61,663 nt of DNA from Chara braunii (Eukaryota; Plantae; Charophyceae). The DNA lies in NCBI GenBank assembly GCA_003427395.1, contig BFEA01000009.1, positions 4,465,741 through 4,527,403 of the forward strand, read 5' to 3'. This document shows, one piece after another, positions 1 to 11,000 of the stretch (positions are counted from its first letter, which is position 1; every line of letters starts with the position of its first letter). The translations under genes and the position numbers were made by a program. The notes under the pieces were generated by a model. The model made no database searches and was not told the origin of the DNA. It worked only from the letters and a program-made list of their open reading frames with translations.

Positions 1-71
1 AAAAAAAAGGTGGTAGGGGGGGGAGGGGACGAGGGGAAGGGTATGGCAGGGCGATCGCCACGAAAGACAGA

Positions 72-848
72 ATGTTTCGTTCAGTGGCGAAGGCCTTTGC
101 TTTTTCTGCAGCAAAGGATGCGATGCTGTACCCATCGGATGACATTTTTTTCACGGTGCTGCAAACAACTGCCAAATTGATAGAAGAACATGCGGAGGAA
201 GGAGTACGGTTGCACGTGGCAGCGAACGGAATCCGAGCTATGATCGGGGAATGCAATCGGATTATGACAACGGTCCGAGGCGAGATATCATGGCAATTGA
301 AGCATTGGTTTTGGGTCGAAAAAGGTCTGCCGATGGTCCGGTCAGCTCAAACGGATCACCAGTTTCTGACTCGCAATAGGATGAGGGCAGAGATGAAGGG
401 GAACACAATATGGAGAAGGAGCGGCAATAATCCGTGGGGCGCTTTTCCTTTCTAAACAGCACTGACAAAAGTTTTTCAAATGAGAAGAGATGTCATCAAC
501 CTTGGCGTAACGTTGTAGCAACTAGCATTTGCGGAGCTGATACTGAAAAGTGAAGTCGAGTAGATGGCAAAGACCAGTAAAGCAGCGGACCAAATACAGA
601 AACTTGCATCTATCAAAAAAAAGATCGCTGCATCGGTCCGCTCCCAAGACACGGTCTTAAGCTTTTCTATCTTCAAGCTCGACCGTGTTGTTTCTGTTGC
701 AGATAAGGTCGTCGCATTGTACAGAGCTGGGTTGCCTGCTATGCAAAGGGGAGACACCAATAACATGACTACAATAGATGATGATTTAGACATTGAGTTC
801 ATTACGCACACCGTGGACAAATGTGCGGTCAGAGAGAGAAACGGATAA
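72..848 (+). pseudogene. Decayed ORF of unknown function, probably transposon-derived
   Basis: ORFs 72-455 and 564-848 are in the same frame. The gap between them reads through (TALTKVFQMRRDVINLGVTL*QLAFAELILKSEVE*) with only point stops. No recognisable motif. Confidence 0.5.
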
Positions 849-1027
849 AGTTTGTGCGCAAGGCCGTGAAAAGGAGAAGAAGGGGTCCGGAAGTGGATCG
901 ATGGGGGTTAGGGGTGGAACAAGGCCAGGGTGGGGAGGGAGGTGGGCGATGGTGTTGGAGGGGACATGAGTTGCACCTCCATTGACAGTCAATAGCATGA
1001 CACACAACCAATGAGGACCAAAGTGTC

Positions 1028-1031
<4 letters not shown>

Positions 1032-1070
<39 letters not shown>
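1032..1070. repeat. (GA)n microsatellite
   Basis: Direct reading. Confidence 0.95.
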
Positions 1071-1072
<2 letters not shown>

Positions 1073-1549
1073 ATTATTTGAAAAAAAAAGACTCTGGAGA
1101 ACTCTTTGGGCTGAGTGTACAATAAGCAAACATGTGTTATTTAAAAAATGGCTTTGTACAAGACCTGTCGTGGATGTGTTTCGATCATCAAGTAGCATTT
1201 GCGTTTCGCATCTCACATTACTCACTACTAATTTATTGTACACATTGTTGCTTGTCTTGCAAGGATACGTAGTGAGTCATGTGTAATGTGGGTCAAAATA
1301 TGTCAACGTATGATTTTGCAAAAACATGAATCGTTTGGGTCGTTTGCAGAAAACGCATTATGCACTTTCAAAAATGTTGAATATGATGTCACAAAGCAGT
1401 ATTGGGCAGACACTACAAAACATGACCGGTTGACTTTTGCGTGCCATGTTCTTGTCGTGCATGGGAATGATGCTGAAAATTGGCACCCGGTAGCCAACCC
1501 GCGTGTGAATTTTGTTCACTTCCATCGGTTTGGGAGGGAAGATGACTCC

Positions 1550-1551
<2 letters not shown>

Positions 1552-1602
<51 letters not shown>
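1552..1602. repeat. (CT)n microsatellite
   Basis: Direct reading. Confidence 0.95.
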
Positions 1603-1604
<2 letters not shown>

Positions 1605-2139
1605 CAACAGGGTCAGTTTTCTCACAAATTTCAAATATTCCCAACAATATCTGAAATGTTCAACAGTTGATCATCACATTTTCAATAACATTTCAACAAA
1701 CAACATTTCAACAACTTGTAAACAACTTTTCAACAGTTTTTCAACAATTGAACAAGTGTTGAACACAGTGTCGCATGTTTATGACATATGTTATCAACGT
1801 TGAGTTCCTTCACTTTTGGTGGAACACATGACACTACCCCCGCCAAACTGTTTATTAACACGAAACCAACAACTTCAAAGGGGTGCCGACATTTGATAAA
1901 CCGCCCCAAAAAATGCCTACAATTTTTCTGTTGAATCTACTAACAGTAATCAACTAACCCTCTGCTCCTCTCTGACCTAAACTCTCCCTATAAAACCGCT
2001 TACTCAAAAAAGACATCGTCCCCGGCTGCTTCCCACCATAGCCAAGATGGCTAACTAATTAACATCTAATGGGACGCTTTTGATTGTGTTGTGTTGTGTC
2101 TTGTTTCCCATTTAATATGGGGATAGCCGTGTTACGTAC

Positions 2140-2665
2140 ACAAACCCCCCCACTCACATACACACGCACATACATTCTCCTGTCTATTGATGGGGAGCGC
2201 CACCTGTTGGAAACTGAGTCCAGCATCCCATGAACATCGTCAATGAAGCACCAACCGGGATCGCACACGCACTCTCTTCGAGTTATATATAGGGAACATG
2301 ACAAAACATACATATAGCATAATCACTACTTTACCCTTCCCGAACCACATAAACAAACGAACTACGGGCTGCGTACCCGTGCCCTCACGGTAAGCCAATG
2401 TCAAGGCCGCGACTTCCACCCATGTGACCACACGAGGACCTGAAGTCCCAAATAAGCCTACCCGAATGCCTCACAATTTTGAGACTTTTCGTCCTTGTGT
2501 TCGCAACCTGTCAGGGTTGAGTTTTATGCCCTTGAGACCTTCAACTTTCAACATTGGTGGTTGTTCAGGAGGTGGACAATTTTGAGGTGAGGGCTTAGCA
2601 AGGGGCGAGGCATGCGAAGGACCGGTGGCTGCCCATAGGAGGCCGAAGAAGCCACGGTCCTTGAA
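2140..2665. repeat. Dispersed repeat; uninterrupted paralog of the sequence split by the 3316-23010 insertion
   Basis: 2140-2390 aligns to 3075-3315 joined to 23015-23035. 2517-2665 aligns to 23055-23215. Confidence 0.8.
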
Positions 2666-2897
2666 TTGGAGGCCGCGGTCCTAGAGTTTTGAACATTTCG
2701 AAATTGAAATGGCATGGGTCCACTTTTCTCGAATAGAATAGCATTTTGAATAGTACTCGTTCGATACAACATGTATCCTTTCTATTCGAATTTCGAAAAG
2801 AAAAAATTATTGTATTCCAATAGAACGTTACCTTTTTTGGAGGGCGGGAGGTCAACTTTTGCACTTGTGCTCCCCGCCACTAACATGCTGCGTGTTG

Positions 2898-2902
<5 letters not shown>

Positions 2903-2960
<58 letters not shown>

Positions 2961-3029
2961 CGCGCGCGCGCACTCGGTCTATCTATCTATCTATCTATCT
3001 ATCTCTCTATCTATCTATCTATCTATCTA

Positions 3030-3085
<56 letters not shown>
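2903..3085. repeat. Compound microsatellite (CT)n-(GC)n-(CTAT)n-(CA)n
   Basis: Direct reading. Confidence 0.95.
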
Positions 3086-3088
<3 letters not shown>

Positions 3089-5202
3089 CACATATACATG
3101 TGCACACACGCAAGCACACATTCTCTTGTCTATTGGTGGGGAACGACACCTACTAGAAACTGGGTCCAACATCCCATGAACATCGTGAATAAAGCACCAA
3201 TTGGGGCCCCGCACACACACTCTCTTGAAGTTGTGTATAGCGAACATGGCAAAACATACACACAATATAATCACTACCTTACCCTTCTCCAACCACATTA
3301 ACAAACAAACTACAGTGTTGGTGTAAATACCCTTACAAGGGTATCCGCCTTGGTTTTTGCAAGTGGCAGGAAAAATAAGTTCAGTTTAATGTCTCAGTAT
3401 CTCGCGCGAGTCGCCGTTATGTTTTTTGTTTACGCTGACTGAGTGTTTGACTTAGAGTAAAAGGTGTGTGGGCGCGCAGGTTTAAGGTGCGCGTGATCTC
3501 TCTTTTTGTTGATGATTGTAAAGTCGGCTTGGTTGCCGACAAACATTTTTATTTTTGATTAAACTAAGATTAAAAGGATTGTGTTTTTTTACTGGTACAC
3601 TTGACTGCGGCATGTGCGCTCATGCGAACGACGACGTCGACGGAGGCACGACTCAGTGTAACAAGCGAAAGGATCGTAAGGGTGGAAGTGTGGGACGAGC
3701 GTCCGCGCGGTAGGCGTTGGCACGGCGATCGTGGGGTAGCCGGTAGGTCGAGGAAGTGACGAGTAATGATACCCATTTATATGGCTTACCGCTAGTGCTA
3801 AAACCATCCTTGGGCCTAAAACTATTGGTTACGGTATCGGATTTTCATCCGGGAGGTTCAGGGGTCGAGATCTGGAGACGGCAGCGTCGAAGTATTGGAG
3901 TGGCGTGAAGAAGCTAAGGGGTTGAGGGTCCTGTTGGGCCATCCCTTTTGGTTTTGCCATCATCATAGCCTGAGTGATATTAGCGATTCTCTTTCGCCGC
4001 CTCTCGTTTTGGTATTATCTTTTCCTAAATATTTATTTTTATTTCTTCGTTTTTTTGTTACTTTTGTTGTTGTTATGTTGTGTTTCAGTTTGAATTGGGC
4101 GCGATGCTGGATTTAGGGGTCGTCGAGGTGCAGGGGGACTTAAGCACGTGTTTCTTTTAGTGGACCTGCTCGGGCCCTTGCGTATTCAGGATGCTGGTAG
4201 GAATCCTTTGTTCCGTCGTCCTAAGACGCAGACCGAGAAGTTCAAGGTGCAAGTAGGCCGGCGGGTGACTGACCCACGAAGCAAAAAAAAAAATGGGTGT
4301 CGTGGACCTGTAGTAGGTGTCCGGCCTGTCGCCCGAAGTATGTTGTGAGAGGTTGGGGTGTGGATATGCCCCTTGGGATCCGAAAAGGCAGTGAGCCCAG
4401 CCTGGGCGCTCAGGGACGAGGGTCGCAGACTGTACAACTGTTCACGTGGAACCCGCCTCCACACTCGCTCCGCAAAAATTCTCATCTGATTGTTTGCTAC
4501 TACCACCAAGATCTGCATCGGGGCTCACCTGTCATTGCCAGTACATTACTTCAGTATTTCAAAGTTGTGTAGCGACAACTTGGTCGGAAGTTGAATCAGT
4601 GAGACTTAGGGGAGTGGTCAGGCTACAAAAAAAGGCAATTATTGCGACTAAGACATTCGTCAAAGTGTCGCTTGATTTGCGTTTATGCATGGTGGTCATC
4701 CTCATCTGCATTTTGGGTACCATTGAGAGACCCTCAGACGTTTGAAGGAATCAAGAACCTCTTATGCGATCTAAGAAACTAAAATGCTTCTATCTCTGCC
4801 CTTCTTCTTCTAATTTTGGTCCATTGGTTCGGAGAGGAAGGCGGTAGGCTACACTAGAACTTGTAATCCGTGCCAAGGCCTTTGTGGGAGGTTCCCCCAC
4901 CGATTGCGGGAGATCTGCTTGGACCTAGGCGAGGTTCTAGAGGCAAGGAATTGTCAGGTACACCTCTTTCTGCCTGTATGAACCCACTATATCCCTGTTT
5001 GACTATCACCTTCTGGTCTGTCTGATGTATGCATGCATTCCCCTATAAATTTGTTTTTTTTCAAGATTCTATCCGATTAAATGAAAGGAATGTATGTGTA
5101 AATCTCAAAGTCCTTTTATTTCTGAGTGAAAGCAGACTAAGGGATGAACTGGAAAAGGTGGGAGAACGACAGTTTTGCATGCGCTTGACCAGGTCTTTAA
5201 GG

Positions 5203-5941
5203 TTGGACATTGTTTATAAGTTAAATGACCCAGTGTTGTGTTTTGTTGCTTGTTTTCTTAAGGACCATACATTGCTTCTAAGATGAATGACCTGGTAGCT
5301 ATGTTTATTTTCAAAGGGTTTGCCTGATTGATCTTTGAGACCAAACATTGTTTTAAAGCCAAATGGCTTGGTCTGTCTATTTCTCTTGGAATTTCTGATT
5401 GATGTTGGGTTGAAAGATCCAACTTCATGTTTTTAGTGATCTGAGATGAACTGGACATTGTTTCTAAGTTGAATGGTTCAATTCGTTGTTTTATTTATAA
5501 GGGAGGATTTTGGTGGAAGGCTAAATATTGTTTTTAAGCATGAAACCACTCACAAAAGTAAACTGAGTATAAATCAAAGTACTTTACTTTATCTGCATGT
5601 GAACATGCAGCTGGGCATTGTTTCCAAGTTGAACAGTCTAGCGTTAAGTCATAAGACTAAGACGAGAAGGGAAAGTGAAGACTATAATTGAAAGTAATCT
5701 GGGCAAGTTGAACATTGTTTATAAGTTGAATGACTCAGTCTCCTGACTATATTTCTTTTCTTTTGAACAGAAGTAAGATAAATATTAAACTTTGGATATT
5801 TGAATAATTCAGGGCGACTAGACATTGTTTCTAAGTTGAATGGTCTAGTCAGATGCCCGAAGAAGAGAAAAGTAGTTGTGCAACCTGTTCATATATATTC
5901 TAAGGCATGCTAGGGATTGTTCCTAATCTGAATGATATAAC
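5203..5941 (+). repeat. Array of ~9 stem-loop repeats (core CATTGTTTCTAAGTTGAATG) separated by non-repetitive spacers, inside LTR A
   Basis: Copies at ~5203, 5263, 5338, 5447, 5519, 5610, 5707, 5816 and 5909. The flanks pair, e.g. GACTAGAC...GTCTAGTC at 5816-5850. Confidence 0.8.
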
Positions 5942-6244
5942 GCCATGCCGTATATAAGTTGGGTATAAGGGATAAATAATCTGAAGGTTTCATAAACTAT
6001 CTTATGAGGAAATGACTTGGGGGTTGGTGAAAATACTTACCCATTGAAGTATGGACTTGCATGTGACTGAGTGTGAGGTTCTACTTAGTCCGAGTCTAAG
6101 TTTTGATAGGTAGTTGCTTCATATGCTCGTCACGTGCTGGAGTTGTAGGAGTCAGTTCAATTCTTGCATTTTATGAGTTAAATTTATTTTACGTAGTTCA
6201 ATTCTCGTATTTTATGGGATAATTTATTTTACAGTTTTGTATAA

Positions 6245-6544
6245 ACCTGAATCGTGCGACTGTTATTATTTTAGACACGGTTTAACTTTAGCGTTTCCAA
6301 ATCCTCACTCTTCTGCGACTTCGACAAAAACAAAACATTGCCATTCACATTCGTTGCTCCCGGAGGCCACACGCATCCGGACTAAAGTTCAAAAACTTTT
6401 AGTCTCTCAGTCATAGGTCAGGTCTGAGTAACTTTTGGTGAATGTCAGTCTCATCGAGTCTTTCAATTCAACAAGAAAAAGTCAAACAGCATCTGATATT
6501 CAAAACCCCGACAAATTACCCTTGTCAGGGTATTTGCCTCAACA
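6245..6544 (-). repeat. Truncated 3' LTR of element B
   Basis: Starts TGTTGAGGCAAATACCCTGACAAGGGTAAT on the minus strand. Roughly 85% identical by eye to 21075-21314. Confidence 0.75.
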
Positions 6545-8079
6545 GCATTCTCAAGCCCCGCTGAATGACGTCCCCATCGTTCACGATATATTAACAAGTA
6601 ACATATGTATTTTTGAATTCATATGAAACTCCTCTGTAGAAATTACAACAAAATTCTTTCACTCGAAATTAAGCCGAAACTTACAACAAAAATCCGAGTT
6701 ATTTCAATCATTCTTTATTGGAATGGTACCAGATATAGCCTCTGACAAGCCTTCCACCAAAACATGAAATTTTATTCCAGATCCAATTCCGGAATTACTA
6801 AAATATTTAAGGAACTTTGTCAGAATAGCTCCAACATCATCTCACTGGCGGCCACTCAAAACAATCATTTAGTCTCTCAGAATGGTAACGGAAAAAGTTC
6901 CGCCTAGCCTTTAAAACAATTGGTTGCTACATCCATTTATTAAAAAAAAGGCCAGGTTTAACCCCTTGATGGGTCTTTCAAAAAATTTAACCTCCTGGGT
7001 GGCCCAATTAAAATCTGAACCAACCATTCATGAGAGAAACCATTCATCGAAAAGTCTTTATGCAGGTTTTGTATCCCACTCCAATTACGAGTCATCACAC
7101 ATGATATTTTTCCTGCATGCTTTGTGATATGCGTCGAGGAGTAGTGTAATCCTCAAGGGAGAACATATCGATGTCAAGCCCCGCTTTAGACTCGAGCCTC
7201 ACCAGATTCCCTCGGATTCCAATGTCATGTTTTTGTTAGTCCCCTACTTGTAAGTTTGAACTACCCCTTCCCTATGGCTTAGGCTGGTGAGACCCGATTA
7301 TAGAGGCGAGGCGACTCCACCCGCCACAAAGCTAAGATGATCACTCCTTCCCCCATGGCGAACGACAGTCGTCACTCTCACAAGTAAGTTGCCAAAAATC
7401 ACAATAACACATTCCCCCTTTTCAATAATAATGTAGCCACTTTCCTTAAAAATGAATAGTGACAACATCTTACTATGAACCAGGAACAAAGTTTTTGCGT
7501 GGGCCTCACTACCATCTACGGGGATCACTGCATCATGATTCACCATTGCATGATAACTAAAAACATTACGAAAATTTTAGGCTATCATAAATAATTGCAG
7601 TACATGTTTTTGCAAATAACACGCAGTGTTATCTTACAAGCCACATAATGCAAATTATATATCATTGTCCTATATCCTTTTACAATAGAACACACATTAT
7701 GTAACAATATACATTTTCACAGAGAGTTTCATAACATTTCGTTCCAAAAATATTTTTAAAATTTGTATTGCATCACATTATATCGAAAAATGATAAGCAT
7801 TTTTTCAAAATTAAGAGTCGAAACAAGATTTTCAATCCATCCTTGAAATTTCACAAAAACAACTCTAGGAACAGAAGTCGTAGATATCATTAATTATTAC
7901 AAAATATGAAACCATAAGCCCCAAATTAAATCCAAACCCCAAAAGTCCAAAGTTACAATCCCCCTTATCCGGTCTCAGATAATAGTCAACAATTAATGAT
8001 TTCAAACATAAAAAGGAATTAAAAGAAAAGTTAAGTCTTCCATCATCAAAGTTTATATCAACCGAAACCCTTTATTAAA

Positions 8080-11000
8080 GTCATTGGAATAAATTTTCTC
8101 AAATACGATCCCGACACCCAATTTTGACCTGAGCCCCATCCAATTCTTCAATCTCATAAGCTACGTGCCCTTAATTCCAATAACTCTTCTGTTGAAAACT
8201 TCGTTTTCACATCCTGCTTTCGCTAAGTGACTAGAAAACTTTCAATTAGAAAGGTTGCATGCCGCCCAAACCACAATGTAACCGGAGCATATCCAGTTGT
8301 CCGCTTAATGGTGACATTTTCAACAAAAATATCGTCCTCAGATATATTGGTCATCTCGATGGATCATCTGCACACCATTTTGCCAACAAATTTATTAAAG
8401 TGACATGTCCGCGCTCAACTGGCGCATTAACCTGGGGATGTGCTCTTGTAGTATAACGAAAGCTTACCCCAAGCTTTTTTAAAAGCGCTTGCACATCCCC
8501 AGCCAAGAACTCACCACCTCGTCTATGACAAATTCCCTAACAAACGGGGATCGAAGATAATATTATTCAATATATTCTACCAAAACATGCCAGTACGTTC
8601 GCAAATGGCACAACCATCAACAAACCCAGTTAGGTTATCCCTTGCATCGAAAATATATCTGTACCTATTAATCCCGGGTGGCATGACCAATAGATCAAGG
8701 TGCACTACAACTCCCAGCTCAGCTACATAGCGCGGATTAAGGGGTTCAACAAAACGCACATTAGATCGTCTTTGGCAAGGGAGACAAAATTTACAAAAGT
8801 CAATTACCATCTTACCCATTCCTTCCTAAAAATAAGGATGCTGATTTTTTTTTAATGTCACCCGTGACGATCTATGTCTGCCTGCCACCCCATCATGCAA
8901 GGCTGCAATCACATCAAGTTGCCGTACAGTCCCACATACCACTTTCTTCTGAATACCATCGACAACCTTCTTAAAAAGATGACCGTATCGTAAGATGAAG
9001 TCCTTACTCTTTTGCCAAACAACTGGATTCATTTCGTCCTCTCTCAATTCACCATTTAACCACATTCCCATCAATCTATACTCCCCATCATACTCTGCTT
9101 CTCTGAAAGCTTTCCTGATCTCACTGCCTTCTCCTTCTTCATTCATTATCCTCGGACGGTCCTCGTGAATCAGGGAATTCGCAAGGAAAGACATCTCCCT
9201 AGTGATCCTAAAAGTTTTATCGACTTGCTCGTGCCTATACTCAATCGTCAGCGGCTCATTGATAAACTCAACCTCATCCAATAAAGCCAAACTCATCATT
9301 TGCTCTGATGTTCTCTCACCCCATAGGTCCTCCTCCATGAATGACTCCCCCATCACAAGCTCTGGTCGCACGCGATGGAAACTAGGAGCATTCCAAATAG
9401 TTTTCCCATGTCGGGCAGTTGCATCCGCCAAGTAAGTATATGAATTGATACTTAATTGCAACTCTTCTCCTTCGAGAAACCCATCCATAGGAACGGAATC
9501 CTCGGCCTGATCAGTCAATGAGTCCCAATCAATACGACTTAACCCATCAACGCAATTCTGAGCGACTGAAATGCGTTCAATCTCAAAATTGAACATCCAA
9601 ATATATGTCAGCCATCAAGCGATGGTTGAATCGGAAGGGGAATAGTTCTTGAGCGATTGAGCCAGAGTTGTAGGATCAACTCGTAGAATGAACCGCCTGC
9701 CAAATACATAATTCCTGAAGATACGCAGACAGTGAAGCACAACAAAAATTTCCTTTTTGAACTGGGAATAGTTCTGCTCATGAGTATTTAGAGTCATGCT
9801 CTCAAATCTCAAGGTCCGCTCCCGTCCTTCCTCATCCTTCTGAATAAGGACTCCACCCAAAGTTGTGGGGCCTGCATCAGTCTCGATGATGAAAGGACAC
9901 CCTACATCATCATCAAAGTAAGGAACTCCCAAAATCAAACCGCCTTCTCGAAATTGCCTTAATATCCTCAACGACTGCCTGCTGCTTCGGTCCCCATTCC
10001 CAGATCTGATTCTTGCGTACTAATTTTCGCAAGTGTTCCACTCTCGCTACGAACCTGCGGATAAAAAATGCCAAAATCCACATGTTTCAAGGAAGCTCCG
10101 AACGTTGGTAATAAATCTGAATGGAGTCGACCATTCCAAGATTTTATTTGTCTTCTTGGCATCTGGCCGACGACCCTTCTCACCACAAAGAACCCTAGTA
10201 TTACCGCCTCCCTCATACAATGCCTTGATTTTCGAATGCTGGGTAACACTTCAGTCTCATCCTTGACACGAGGTCCTGGGATGGCCAAATCATCGATAAA
10301 AGGAGACGTCACGTCCGGACAAAGCGGTTGCATGACCCTCATCATCATCATATATCTTTGCACAATGGCGACGACATTTGTCCAACCCTGTGGTGCCGCA
10401 CACATATGAAGCAGTCTCCGAGGCATATGCATCGCCGTCATAGGTCGATCTGTTGTATACAACGGGAACTGATTGTACCCTAAATACAAGTCAATCAGGG
10501 TAATGATGGGTTTGCCTGCACAAGATTCTGAGAGTTGATCTGCGTTTGGAAGCCCGTCCGCACCTCGAACTATCACAAAATTTAACTTTTGCAGGTCCTT
10601 AACCCATCGCAAAACTCCGTTCGGCTTAATGAAGCAGAACCAATAAGATGCATACAGTTCGTACGAATAAGTAGCCACCTGGGTCCGAATATTACCGTCA
10701 AGATAATCAACCACCCTCCGGTGATCTTTCGGATTCAGATATCGTGGACCCCTCACATTTCACAACAAATGTCGTACCGTATGTATACGAATCATTGGGA
10801 TCATATCGACGCCAAACCTTCCACGCTCATCGTCATCAAAGGTATAAGCCAAATGAATCTCTTTTTCATGACGTCGATAAAAAAAGTTGGTTTCCTCCTT
10901 AGTGAGGAGACCATCCTCCCCAATGATCATTTTTTTGATCCTATCTTCTGTCAGCCGACACGGCCCCTTTTCCTCCTTCTCTTTCATTGTTCTGATCCAC

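Noticed and set aside
1411-1425. CACTA TIR (CACTACAAAA)
   Set aside because: No matching opposite end or 3-bp TSD found.
5203-5941. True CRISPR array (also 39672-40126)
   Set aside because: Eukaryotic LTR context, degenerate repeats, irregular spacer lengths and no cas genes. Kept only as CRISPR-like architecture.
6033-6043. U1 snRNA 5' end (ATACTTACC)
   Set aside because: The match does not extend; it is more likely chance or an antisense splice donor.
3316-6544. DNA transposon with ~29-bp TIRs (3316 and 6544 ends are near reverse complements)
   Set aside because: No TSD (TACAG versus GCATT). Both ends are LTR starts of different elements in opposite orientation, and the real TSD pairs 3316 with 23010.
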